A DNA stretch of 64,000 nt from Eledone cirrhosa (taxonomy: Eukaryota), in contig OZ024742.1 in NCBI GenBank assembly GCA_964016885.1, positions 131,626,001 through 131,690,000 of the forward strand, in the 5' to 3' direction. The notes under the pieces are model-generated. The model was not told the origin of the DNA. It saw only the letters and a program-made list of their open reading frames with translations, and ran no database searches. A program made the position numbers and the translations under genes. Shown here one piece after another: positions 27,457 to 41,319 of the stretch (position 1 is its first letter; each line of letters begins with the position of its first letter).

Positions 27457-27550
27457 CTAGCTGAGGTACCCTGCTTCGCCAGGGTTAACAAATGTTAAGA
27501 GCAGGCTGGCAGAAGAGAAAACGTCTGTATTGAATGCATTGTCTTGTTTA

Positions 27551-27602
<52 letters not shown>

Positions 27603-27611
27603 GTGTTTTTT

Positions 27612-27649
<38 letters not shown>

Positions 27650-27691
27650 AGTGTGAGTGTGTGTGTGTGTGTGTGTGTACTTGTGTTTTTT

Positions 27692-27729
<38 letters not shown>

Positions 27730-28100
27730 AGTGTGTGTGTCTGTGTATATATATGTGTGTGTGTGTCTATGTGAGTGTGGGTGCGTGTGCGTGTGCGTTA
27801 GTGTGTATTCCACCATTGGAATCGGAGATATAGGCCGCGAAACACGATCATCACTGACAACGAACTCGCAGAGAGAATCCCTTATGGTTGATTCCCAGCC
27901 TGCTAGAAATAGCAGTCAAGTTGGTTAGCATACGTGGTATATTTTTCTTCTTGTTTGGTGTTCTAAAATTAGTATCAATAAACTTTCCCGGATATACTCT
28001 TATCCCAATGCTCTACATACTTTCCGATTGTCATTTTTTGTCTTTTTCGTGTTATACGCGAAGGAACCAACCAACAAACATCTCTCTTTTACATCTCTTT
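27457..28100 (-). mobile_element. Non-autonomous Helitron-like element
   Basis: CTAG end at 27457 with hairpin accctg-cttcgc-cagggt and internal microsatellites. The far boundary is approximate. Confidence 0.6.
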
Positions 28101-28371
28101 TATTTGTTCATTCAAAATATTTTTCACCTAATTCTGCCGTACAATATACATCAGCAATCGTTATCTAATGTTTAAAACATATGAATAGCTGCGATTATAT
28201 GCACCATATCAATCAAAAGCGATATGAGAATTGAATACCATACTAAAGCGCCAGTAATCTTGATAAGAACCTGCAGATAGAAATGTTAATAAATACAACA
28301 TTTGGCTTGGGTAAACTTTAAGATGTTCTTTCATCAAAACCAGCCATCCAAGTCTTACAGTTCACCCATGG

Positions 28372-29274
28372 ATGTTACCTGAAAAGCCGTGTAGCCGCTT
28401 ACACCTGGACCACGCAATAAATTTTATGGGCAGTAATTGCTTGGTGATCACGAATGCTTATTCCAAGTATCCATGCATTCATCCTACGTCATCCACGTGC
28501 TCCAGAGCCACTTTAGATCTGCTTGAAGAAGACTTTGCGCACTTCGTATTTCCTCACACGCTAGTCACCGATAACGCACCAACTTTTATTTCTGAGGAGT
28601 TCCAGAGCTGGTGCAAAGAACGTGGGATCACGCACCTGACAGGGGCACCTTACCACCCAGCTACTAACGGAGCAGCGGAACGTTTGGTGCAGACCTTCAA
28701 ACAAGCTCTGAGGAAGACTTCTCTTCCGCCGAAGCGAGCACTTCAAGAGTTCTTGATGCAGTACCGGAGAACACCGACATCCAGTGGATTCTCTCCGAGT
28801 GAACTTTTGAATCACCGGCTGATACGGACAAGGATTGATTCTCTGCTGCCCTCGCCAGCACACATCGCTCAAGGCAAGCAGTCTAAGGAAGAATATAAGT
28901 CTCAGATGACTCCGGACTCGGCAGGTGTCGCTAAGGTTACCAGGCAGTACAAGGCTGGAGATCCTGTGTATGCACTGTACTACGGACCTCGCCGAGACAA
29001 AAATCCCAGATGGGTACCAGCAATCATTAAGAAGTCATTGGGTACTCGCTGCTTCAACGTTAAGGTCATACCTCATGGCCCGGTGTGGAGACGACAGCTG
29101 CAACCGCGGTACACTACAGATGCAGTAGACACTGTTTTTAAATTTGCAACAGATCACCCGATGGAGATCTCGGAAATCGTGCCACTAACTCCAAGACAGA
29201 CCAGACCCAAGACCTTAGTTGCCCGTTCCAGAGTATGGACCAGACAATCGAAGATGGTCCAAGAGAACTCGTAA
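28372..29274 (+). pseudogene. Ty3/Gypsy integrase core and C-terminus (5'-truncated)
   Basis: SRLHLDHA, LVTDNAPTF.SEEFQSWC, APYHPATNGAAER, YRRTP...SPSELL. Confidence 0.9.
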
Positions 29275-29333
29275 ACCACCAGAGAGACTTTGCTGTTGAT
29301 GCTTCTTTTGTCGCATCAATTTCGGTGGGGAGG

Positions 29334-29609
29334 TGTTGTATGGACTGGGAATCGAACTCACAACCTCATTGTTGTATGGACTGTTAAATTTCTATTCAAT
29401 TTACACGTGCTCACACATTTGCATATGAATCACGTGACCTGGGCAGTCAGTCAGCGTTGGTATTAAAAACTCGGTCACAGACTGCTACTTACTTACTTTA
29501 TGTTATTCTGCTACTGTGAGGAGGGGCGTTTTGGTTGTTTCGCAAATTACACAAATTATTTGATATAACTCGTTGTGTTTTCTCTGCGAGTACCGAAAGG
29601 AATACAACA
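29334..29609 (+). mobile_element. 3' LTR of the Gypsy element
   Basis: Purine-rich GGTGGGGAGG immediately upstream; TGTTGTA...TACAACA terminal inverted repeat. Confidence 0.88.
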
Positions 29610-29936
29610 CTAGGTTTCTTTTCTCCTTCTCTCCTTCCTCTCCTCTTCCTTAGCTCACCCTAGAGCATCCTACATACAATTGACCATGGTTTTCCCAGAT
29701 GAAGGCCAGCCACTTTTAGGATTTGACCCTGAGCTTTGTTCATGGTAATCGCGAGAGATTAGACTCTCTGTTGCTCTAGCAACATTTTTTCTTCTGGAAA
29801 ATCTGATCTTCCAGCCATGCTAGGACTTTTTGGATGGCATATCATAAGTAACAATGACGATAAGCCGTCTGTGCTTTCGTGAAATAAATACGTTTGTTTA
29901 TATTTTGTTTTTGTGTATGCACAAATATCTGTACAC

Positions 29937-30263
<327 letters not shown>

Positions 30264-30322
30264 CTATATATTTGCTGGCATAGGTATGCATCTGTATATA
30301 TATGTTGGTAGATATACTAATT

Positions 30323-30390
<68 letters not shown>

Positions 30391-30395
<5 letters not shown>

Positions 30396-31038
30396 TATGC
30401 ATACGTACATACATATATGTATACAGACGTACATGCACACATATGTATATATATGTACGTATGGATTTACCGCACTTTTATTATAATGCTCGGTGTGTTT
30501 GTAAACAAACATCCCGAATTAAGCCGTACAGTGTTTTAATCGGCCGGGCGCACGGAAAACGATAAACGGAAAAAATAAAACGAAATTTCATTTCTCACTC
30601 TTAGTACGGCTGTTACTTAAATATAAGTATGTATACGTACATACATATATGTATACAGACGTACAGTAGTATGTATATATATATACATACATTCACACAT
30701 ATATATATATGCACGTATGGATTTACCGAACATTTATTATAATGCTCGGTGTGTTTGTAAACAAACATCCCGAATTAAGCCGTACAGTGTTTAGCAACCA
30801 TCGTTGCCCTTTTGTTCAACACTGACAAAGGAACGATGTACTAACACACCGAGCATTATAATAAATGTTAGATAAATCCATGCGTACATATATATATATA
30901 TATATGTGCATGTATGTATATATATACATACTACTGTATGTCTGTATAAATATATGTATGTACGTATACATACTTATATTTAAGTAACAGCCGTACTAAG
31001 AGTAAGAAATGAAGTTTCGTTTCATTTTTTCCGTTTAT
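30391..31038. repeat. Partial tandem plus inverted non-coding repeat in (TA)n
   Basis: Direct repeat 30391-30535 / 30623-30792; inverted repeat 30562-30755 / 30843-31038. Confidence 0.85.
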
Positions 31039-31239
31039 ATATATATATATATATTAAAATAACAGATTAAAGTTTAAGCAAAGAATCACTGCTTTCACCC
31101 TTAACGAGATCTTCTGAAACTAAAAAAATCAATCTGTGAACGCAGAAGTAAATATTTCGCAAAACGTTGCATCCGAAAGAAAACAGGAAGATGATACTTT
31201 GGTTCGTGAAGACGTTAGGGATGTCGTATAACCGGAATT

Positions 31240-31435
31240 GTTGACATTTGAAAATTAAAAAAAAGTGAATATTTAAATAATGACTAATCTTTTAACGAAA
31301 TTAAGTAGACTAAAATACTCTCACTTTCTTACTTGGAAAAAGTTACATGTATGGTGCAAATTTGGTGCCGATTGGTCCGGCCGCTTGGCGGAAAGTTTGT
31401 TACTTACATACGGCCGTCAGCTTTATAGTATAGAT
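31240..31435 (-). mobile_element. Probable 5' end of a non-autonomous Helitron
   Basis: Ends ...gcaaatttggtgccgattggtcc...ctttatagtatagat (TCTATACTATA on the minus strand), resembling the start at 15154. Confidence 0.4.
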
Positions 31436-31436
31436 A

Positions 31437-31917
31437 CATAGATGGTTGTCGTCCTTGCTTCTGCTGAACACCACCAGAGGGCGTCAGCCCCCCCCCCTGT
31501 GTTTGCATAGCTATGTCTTCCTAAAACCGTATTTCTTTAGAAATACGAAATTTTTATACATACTGTATAAAACTATGCTTGAAGCGAAATCTTATTTCTT
31601 TTCTATTATAAGTTGAGCCAACTTATGCAGCTTCATGCAAATGAGATTAATCTCCTCATTTACACAGACGAGAAAACTATATATTCTCGGCTGTTTTCAA
31701 GTCCAGCAATCTCCAGCGGTGGGAGGGATCATCCTGACGAAGGCCAGTCAAGCCTGAAATGCATAGACGGTTGTCCCCCTTGCTTCTGGTGGACACCACC
31801 AGAAGGCGTCAGCCCCCGGTGTTCGCACAGCTACGGCTTCCTAAAACCGTATTTCTTTAGAAATACGAAATTTCTATACATATTGTATAAAACTATGCTT
31901 GAAGCGAAATCTTATTT

Positions 31918-31920
<3 letters not shown>
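31437..31920 (+). mobile_element. Retrozyme-like tandem repeat, 325-nt unit, about 1.5 copies
   Basis: 31437-31600 repeats at 31762-31920, with a hammerhead at the unit junction. Ends in (TA)n. Confidence 0.88.
31727..31772 (+). ncRNA. Minimal type I hammerhead ribozyme
   Basis: gatcatc CTGACGA aggc-cagtcaa-gcct GAAA tgca TA gacggtt; predicted cleavage after 31765. Confidence 0.82.
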
Positions 31921-31990
<70 letters not shown>

Positions 31991-32639
31991 GGAGAGAGGG
32001 GCTGTCATATGTTCGACTCCAACTATTTACATTTTAGCTGTTATATACATTCCAAAGGCATCGACAAGTCATTATGTAACAGTTATGCGATGCGTTGTTG
32101 TCTGACAAGTGTTTAAATGTAACTCAAGATATATATATTTTTTTGAAAAACTTTATTTCAAAATATTCAACAAAATCATAGTTAATCACAATGGGAACAT
32201 CTTTGAGTGTACAGTTGAAACTGGAGAATGATTAATCTCACAACATAGCCTTAATAAATGATTATATATATGTTTATTTATATATACACCACTTAAGAAA
32301 ATCCTTTATACCTACTCTTATATACCCTTCGTTTATGCTATAACATATCCGACACACTAACAATACAACCCACAATATATGTCCTGCAGGACTGATATCA
32401 TTTAAAACAAGCACCACTCTACTTGAAAACCCATTACACGTATAACATGATCAAACTCCAACCAAATAACACAACATACACACCACATATCCTAACACTT
32501 TTTTAAACAATCGATAAGATCCCCAATCTCACACGCTTACCAAGTTGGATGGAACTAGTCAAATTGGACCAAAGAAACAATGGTTCTGCTGGTCTTTCCA
32601 TTGCTGATAATATCTACCGTCCGTAATTCCTGGCAAAAA

Positions 32640-32745
32640 ATAAACTGTCTTGCTCAAAGACATAACGCAACACCAAGTCCGGGAATTGAACTCATAATCT
32701 CAGGATTACGAATCCAATCCTCCAACCACTAAGCAAAACGCCTTC
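32640..32745 (-). mobile_element. Degenerate CORE-type tRNA-derived SINE
   Basis: tcttgctcaaagacataac...gggaattgaactc...aaccactaagc; similar to 44605-44731. Confidence 0.6.
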
Positions 32746-33520
32746 CTAACAGTAACTGACAGAAATTACATACACCACACTGATGTGATAAAACTCCCAA
32801 AACACAGAAAATACTGATGGAGCATATAAACACTAAGCATGCTATAATATCAAAAGACAATATCGGGCAGACCCCACGAACACACACGTACAACTGGTTT
32901 GGAACTACATCATATCCGATGTTGTACGTTCCATTTGCCTGATCTAGGGAGCAGCCTGTGCATAAAATTAGGGTACAACAATAACGTTTGTCCTATACAA
33001 TGCAGTCAATTTAGCAGAGTAGATTAAGTATTACATATTTGTACCGAGTATCTGTTTTCTGAGTTCAAATCTCCGTGAAGTCCACTTACTTTCTTTAAGG
33101 GAAATTAAAGAAATTACCAGCCCAGTGTTGAAGCAGCTCTCCTTACAACCATCTGTCACATTCTGGAGAGTAACTGGATAAAAGGAAGAAGATTATTTTA
33201 AGATGATGTCTGTGTCTACTTACGACTGCATGGGCACCTAAAGACCTTAGCGGAAGCATGGTACATTCTACAATATCATACACGATTGAGAGTAATAGCC
33301 ATTTTTCCTATATATAAACACACACGCACCGGCAAGATATGTCCGACAGAATATCTCTGGAATAAAGAAAGTAAGTAAAGAAACGTGAAAAAGAAATACA
33401 AACCTACGAATGAAGAAACTTTCAAGAAATAAATCTACGTCAATGATATACCCCATAGCAACCCTAAAAACCCACTCCCTTACACAGTCTTCTCGGAATA
33501 ACAAACTGACACACACACAT

Positions 33521-33569
<49 letters not shown>

Positions 33570-33584
33570 TACATACATACACAT

Positions 33585-33656
<72 letters not shown>

Positions 33657-33988
33657 GATTCCACTGAAAGAAAAAAAAAACCGGAAAAGAAATATCGATC
33701 AAAAATATGAGTTGTTTATTTTTTACACAGAGAAAACAAAAGGAAGCAAATATGTCATTTTATTGTTTCAACTTAATGATTTACGACAGAGGGAAAAAGA
33801 AAGATTTTATTAAAGGCTGACGTCTGCTTTCCGAAGTATCATTTTTAATTTTAAAGACTGTCACATATGATAAAATATTTTTACAAATTCAACTTATTCA
33901 AGCAGTTTTGACGCAACACACACTCGCCATCATATTCCTCACCCTCACGCCTACATAATATTTCCACTTTCAATCTCTTTTACTGTAA

Positions 33989-34881
<893 letters not shown>

Positions 34882-35097
34882 GTCATGGAAGAAATGTGTA
34901 GACGTTTTTCTAAATACATAAATGGATACAAATCTCATTTTCTAAAAATTATTTGTATTTCTTCCAAAATACTATTCTGTGGGTCATATTTCCCTGAATA
35001 CATATGGACACACACATACTCCTACATAAGTAGCATATGAACACAAACCAACGGACATATATTTATCTGAAATCTGTGTGTATATCACAACATGACA

Positions 35098-35289
<192 letters not shown>

Positions 35290-35496
35290 ATTCATTTTCT
35301 TCGCATAATTATTACTGATAGGATCGTAGGTGCAGACTCTTGAAACACTGTTTCCAGTGGGTCCTTTCAGAAGCAATCTTCTCTAATTGATCCGGCTGGA
35401 TCCCAGGGTGGGGCCAGCCGAGGTCATGGAAGTTATCCAGCCAACTAATCGGGGTTAACAATAATAATTATTATTATAATTACAAAAATAGTACTA

Positions 35497-37900
35497 TATT
35501 CTTTATTGGCCAGAAGGTCACACATACAGGGGACAATACAAAACAGGGACAGAAGGGTTTACAAACAATCGATATAACAACTAATAATGAAAATGGAGAG
35601 GTGCGAAGGGAGAAAGGTAAGACGGTCGGGTGGTAATAGATGACGTTTGCCACCTAAGGCCGACATTTCAGTGGTAGCTTCCTCTCGGCCCATTTCGTGG
35701 TGCGCATGGCCACTCTGTTATTTACCTCGTCCCAGTTCTTGGCCCACACCTGACTCCATACAAGTTCACTGGCTGTCCGTCCAGCGTCCGACTAAGCTGT
35801 GGAACGACATGGACGTTCCTCTCTAAGTGACACGCTGTAAATCCACCGATTTTTCCGGGTTACTCTTTGCTCCTGTCACCCTTTCATATTACTAAGACGT
35901 TGCCACCCTTTTTTACTAAGACGTTGCCACCCTTTGCTCCTGTCACCCTTTCATATTACTAAGACGTTGCCACCCACCTAGATTTCGGAGGTGTTCGACA
36001 CAATCACGCTGACGTCATCCGCATATGCCGAAGCAACCTTGCCATACCCCAGGTCGATCGGGATGCCCAGAAACATCTCAAGCTTCTGCAGTAATAGGAC
36101 GAGAATCAATACGTACAGATGGTAGGAGAGAGCACATTGCTGACGGATGGAACGCGTGATCTGGAACGTTTTAGTTAGATGGCCTTTGACTTTGACTACC
36201 ACGCAGATGAGTCTGTGCATTGCAGAGATCCAACCTCTGAAGATGGGTTCTAAACCGGCTACCTTAACGACAGCGCACAAGTATTGATGGCCGACCCTAT
36301 CGAAAGTTTTAGATTGATTTAAATTAGAGACCCACCAAAGCCAGGTTTACTCCGAAACAACTCTATGATATATCACAAAGGTGGAGGTTGTCTGCGCCTT
36401 CCCTGCCAGGCTCTCAACAACAACAGCAAACTTGGTTACTAGCACCAAATTCTTAAACTCTCTATTCAGGAAAGTTATGGGCCTGAAGTTATTTAACACC
36501 CCCTTCTAGTTCTAAACATTCCTCATCAGTTTTATTTCGACCCGACTGAATGAGCTGGTTTCAGTGAATGGCTTCGAGGAGATTGAAGAACAATCTGGCA
36601 AGGTCATCAGCTTCTGTTATCGGCTTTTCACAGCACTCCAGATCAGTCGCTAATATTCATTGCTAAAAGTTATTGATTCTACACTAACGTCTCTCTTGAT
36701 AACACACCACCATCTGGTGTTGAGCCCCCACCCCCTCATCAACTTACGCTTAACTAAATGCTGAACAGGTCTCTCAAGGCATTATGCGCCGGGAATGGTG
36801 TGTTAAGCTTGCAGTAACCAGGTCCCTACCTACGAATTCTATCTTCGTAAACCATGTAGGTCACGAATTTATGATCTGAATAGACCGTTTGGAATTGTCG
36901 ATAAGCTATCCTATTCATATCAGCTAACCTAATGTAAAACTTATCTATATTCTAGATGATGACCCTATGTGACTAATCCTGATCAACACTGGTGCATTAG
37001 GGAAATCTAATAGGTACCTGTTAGACAGTTGCGATCCCCAATTCTACCTGCTACTCCCACCCAAGATGTGTGAAAGATGCCGTGATAGTCCGTCGCCAAC
37101 AGTAAATGGCGAGACCTTGCTAGAAAGACTTCCAGACGTCTGTAGAAATCCAGCTGTCCAGCCCCGGTCTGGGTGTAGACGACTACCAGTCAAAAGGCAC
37201 CTCCTCAGTTATTTCTCACGCGCAAGACAACAAACGTACCATCTGAGCCCAGGAACATCGTCCTTACCTCGAGATCCAGACCTTTCCTAAACAGCACTGC
37301 CTCTTCGTTTCCTATTCCAGGCCGACGAAGAGATGTGTAGATTTCAAGGTCATCAAAACAGGGGACTTTTGCGTGTACCATATCTGAGTTCGTTGGGCAA
37401 ACAATCTTACTTCCAGGATGACCCCAGACCACATGCATATATAAAATCTACTCTTGTAAGAAAGGTTGGGCTGATTACCTTCCCGTTGCTGTTGGATATG
37501 GTTCGGCCTCCATATCTGGTTGGGGCTCTTTTGGGAACTCCTTTAAAAGTCTCAAAGTTTCGTTTACATAATGGTCTTCCGCGATGTATGGGAAGTTCTC
37601 CATCATGACTTTATATGTTTTCAGGGACATTCGTACTATTTTTAGTGGTTGTGGCAACTTGAAATTTCTATTACTAAATATCTCCCCAGGCTTTGTCCTA
37701 CGAGGTACATTTCCGCCTGTGTGTGGATGGGTAACGGTTGATCTTTCTTTATGCCTGTACGTTTGTGTTTTACTGTGTGTGTTTTCTTTTTGTTAGTGTT
37801 GTTGTTGTTATTAGAGGCGGTAGTGATAATTATATTGAATGTTGTGGTGGCGGTGTTTCTGTTGTAGATATGTCCGTATTTGGTGTGAGTGTGATCTGCG
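35497..37900 (-). mobile_element. Old degenerate Tx1-like element
   Basis: SAYADDV and TRSIRQQCALS similar to 59001-61421. APE remnants near 36800-37380. 3' end ttctttattggcc matches 4274. Confidence 0.8.
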
Positions 37901-38220
37901 TTATTGTTTGAAGCAGATGTCAGTGCGAAGCAATATTTTCTAAAAAAAAAAATGTTTATCTATCTTTGTGGTTTTCCCTCCTCTTTACAGCGAGATGATC
38001 ACTGGTAATTTATATGTCGAAGCCAAAAGGATGTAAGCTAATGTTGGCCTGAGCATCATTCTTACGTTTGGTTTAGACAACGTCAACGGATTCATTCTCA
38101 TCTGATAATTAAAGAAGTTGATATTGGATTGAACGTAGTGAGACTCAGTTTCAACCATTGTAAGGGTTTCGGATTTAGTCACAATTTAGAAGCACGGAAA
38201 AGTCTATTAGATCGACCTAA

Positions 38221-38372
38221 GTGCGATACTTGTATTATATTTTATCGAACTCATAATGATGAAAGGCAAAGCTAACCTCGGCGGGATTTGAACTCAGAAA
38301 GTAAAAGGATGTAACTTTATGCTTTGAAGCATATTGTCCGACGCTCTTCCGGTATTGTCAATCCTCCGCCAT
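38221..38372 (-). mobile_element. Meta-type SINE, diverged
   Basis: Core, B-box and A-box-like head. Confidence 0.8.
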
Positions 38373-38660
38373 CTTCATTCATTTTATTCACACCTTTTCT
38401 TACACGGATATATCAAGCTGATTATTATTTACAATGCATTGGACTATATTATTCATGTGTTCTTCCCAATCAAACATTAGTGTATTCTATGAGGAGGATT
38501 AGAGAGTATATTTTAGCAAGTTGTGATTAGATTGAGGCTCAATTGAAGTGAGTGAAGCTCCAATAGACTTATATTAAGAGCTTGCCAATCATTAAAATCT
38601 GAGCTGGAGATACTGTGTGTCTGAGTATATCATCAAATATGCGTTTCCTTTGATAATAAT

Positions 38661-38830
38661 TGTTTCTACCTTAGGCAATTATCCCAAAGTATTACTGGTG
38701 CTTTATTTTATCGACCCCGTAAGGATGAAATGCAAAGTTAACCTCGGCTGGATTTGAACTCAGACCATAAAGGGCCGTAACTCTTTGCTGCAAAGCATGG
38801 CGTCCTAGCCTCTACCGACACTGCCAATCT
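38661..38830 (-). mobile_element. Meta-type SINE
   Basis: 14-bp TSD cctttgataataat at 38647-38660 and 38832-38845. Confidence 0.9.
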
Positions 38831-39299
38831 ACCTTTGATAATAATGTGCAATTCAGGGAAATTTGGTTGCTATATCTAGCAGGTAAGGCTTTACCGTAAA
38901 TGTTTCTCCTGTTTACCCATAATTCAATAAATTAAAGAACAAGAAATACATTGTTATATGAATTTAACACATACATACCCCCCCAAATTATCGAACTTCT
39001 CTTGAATTTCAAAACCAATATACATATAAAGAAAGCCATATAGAGAACCGTACACAATGAAAACTATTATATATTCTTTTCTCGTCATATATTTCTTTTT
39101 CATCTCTTTTTCCAGCGCTTCTTATTTGTCCACATTAAAAATGACAAAGAATCATTCGTGTTTATCTCGACAATTATGAACATAATTCGATCTCTTTAAG
39201 ATTTGATATTTCTTTTGAGCTACCTTTAATTTCGTAGAATCTTTGATATATGTCTTCTCTTTTCCGCGTTTTCCAATATAAATATATATATATATATAT

Positions 39300-39332
<33 letters not shown>

Positions 39333-39576
39333 AATATACATATATATATAAATATATATATATGTGTGTGTGTGTGTATGTATAAATACACCCACACACA
39401 CACATATATATATATGTATATATGTGTGTGTATAGTGTATAGATATAGATATACGCATATGTATAATATGTTATATTGCACTTTAACATAATAAAGCTCT
39501 TTGTCGTTCATCTTTATCTTTATATATATCTATATCTATATCTATATCTATATCTATATATATATATCTCTCTCTC

Positions 39577-39680
<104 letters not shown>

Positions 39681-39721
39681 GTGTGTGTGTGAGTGTGTGC
39701 ATTTGTTAGTATATCTCTCTT

Positions 39722-39818
<97 letters not shown>

Positions 39819-40335
39819 ATTGTAAAACAAGTATGCGTAATGAGATTTTACAACAATTTATTCGGAAATGTTCCATTACATACAGTATGTTTCGATGTCT
39901 TTGACGACTATGCAGTATATTTAAACGACCACAGATGGACTTCTGAACATGATATTTATCCACCCCTGGTTCACTGGAGGACACGGGGTGGAGTGATATG
40001 AGGACAGATAAAATTCTATCTAATCTCTCTCAATATCAGATCCACTCTAAGCTTGCACCACGTAAATATCTATGTATAGTATTGTAGTTGTGTTGCCGCA
40101 CCACCACCTTGCGACCGGCTAACAGTGATATTCCCGGCACTAGCCATCAATGGTGACATTTTATTCACGTATACCAGTATGTAGAGTGGTCAAACCTGGC
40201 GTCACTCCCTGTCGCCCAGTCACTTGACTTACCCAAACCATTCATTCACCCCATCCACTCGAAGCGACAGGAGCAAAACAGTGGTTGCAAATAGGGCACA
40301 TAATTAGGAAACAACTTATTAATATATGTATATAT

Positions 40336-40409
<74 letters not shown>

Positions 40410-40453
40410 ACATATATATATATATATTTATATATATTCAAGGAGTGTAACGT

Positions 40454-40709
40454 TAATACAAGGACGATTTGTTGAGCCTTCAATACGCTTATTGATTGGT
40501 GACGCACGTTTCGCAATTGATCAGCTCAAGCTTCGATCGCTGTCAATCTGGCCCGATTCTGGAATCAAAAGCTCGTCGGAAATCTTTTGAGCTTTTGGTT
40601 CCAGAGTCGGGCCAGATCGATAAAGATCGATTCTTGAGCTGATCAATAGCAAAACGTGTGTCACCAATCAATAAACGTAATGAAGGCTTAACAAATCGTC
40701 CTTGTATTA
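40454..40709. repeat. About 120-bp-arm inverted repeat with a hammerhead-like core
   Basis: Arms 40454-40574 and 40589-40709. The minus strand reads CCGACGA-GC...GC-GAAAC-gtgc-GTC. Confidence 0.8.
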
Positions 40710-40742
40710 TTATTATCATTATATATACATATATATACCCAT

Positions 40743-40806
<64 letters not shown>

Positions 40807-40934
40807 TTCAAATATATAATTAGACATAGTCATAGATACATATATGAGTTTGGCTACCTTTTCACGGTGTGGCTCAATGAAGAATTAATTAAGCAAATAA
40901 TTATTAATCAGAGCTATATATACAGACTCGAGGC

Positions 40935-41019
40935 GTCTCTTGATGAGTTCAATGCCTCGTGGATAGATCCAAGATCGGGTATATCCACAGAAAAGGAACG
41001 AAACTACCAGTATCGAGAC
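40935..41019 (+). ncRNA. Candidate type I hammerhead (C3U variant, extended stem II)
   Basis: gtctc TTGATGA gttc...gtggata/tatccac...gaac GAAA ctaccagta TC gagac. Confidence 0.5.
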
Positions 41020-41319
41020 TATAGAAAGTTTGGTAAAGTTTATATGCATTTTTTCTTCAAACTTCCATTTTATACCTAACTCCGTGATTATTTGTCTAGT
41101 CAATTTCTACGGGCTAAAAGAAACGAGTATGTAAATTTTTATCTCGCTATCCCTCGCCTAAGATAGTCTGTATCATTTGTCTACTATTTCTTTATAGTTA
41201 TATTTTCAACTTATAGCCTCGTTTAAATGATTATTTATGCCGTTAATTTATACGGACTAGGAGAGGAAATACTGTATATATTTTATCTAATAATTCTTCA
41301 AACTTGCAATTTTATATAT

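Noticed and set aside
31613-32116. 167-aa ORF sharing peptide sequence with 27000-27323
   Set aside because: The shared peptide only reflects the DNA repeat. Variable C/G-runs differ in length between copies and the ORF runs into (TA)n.
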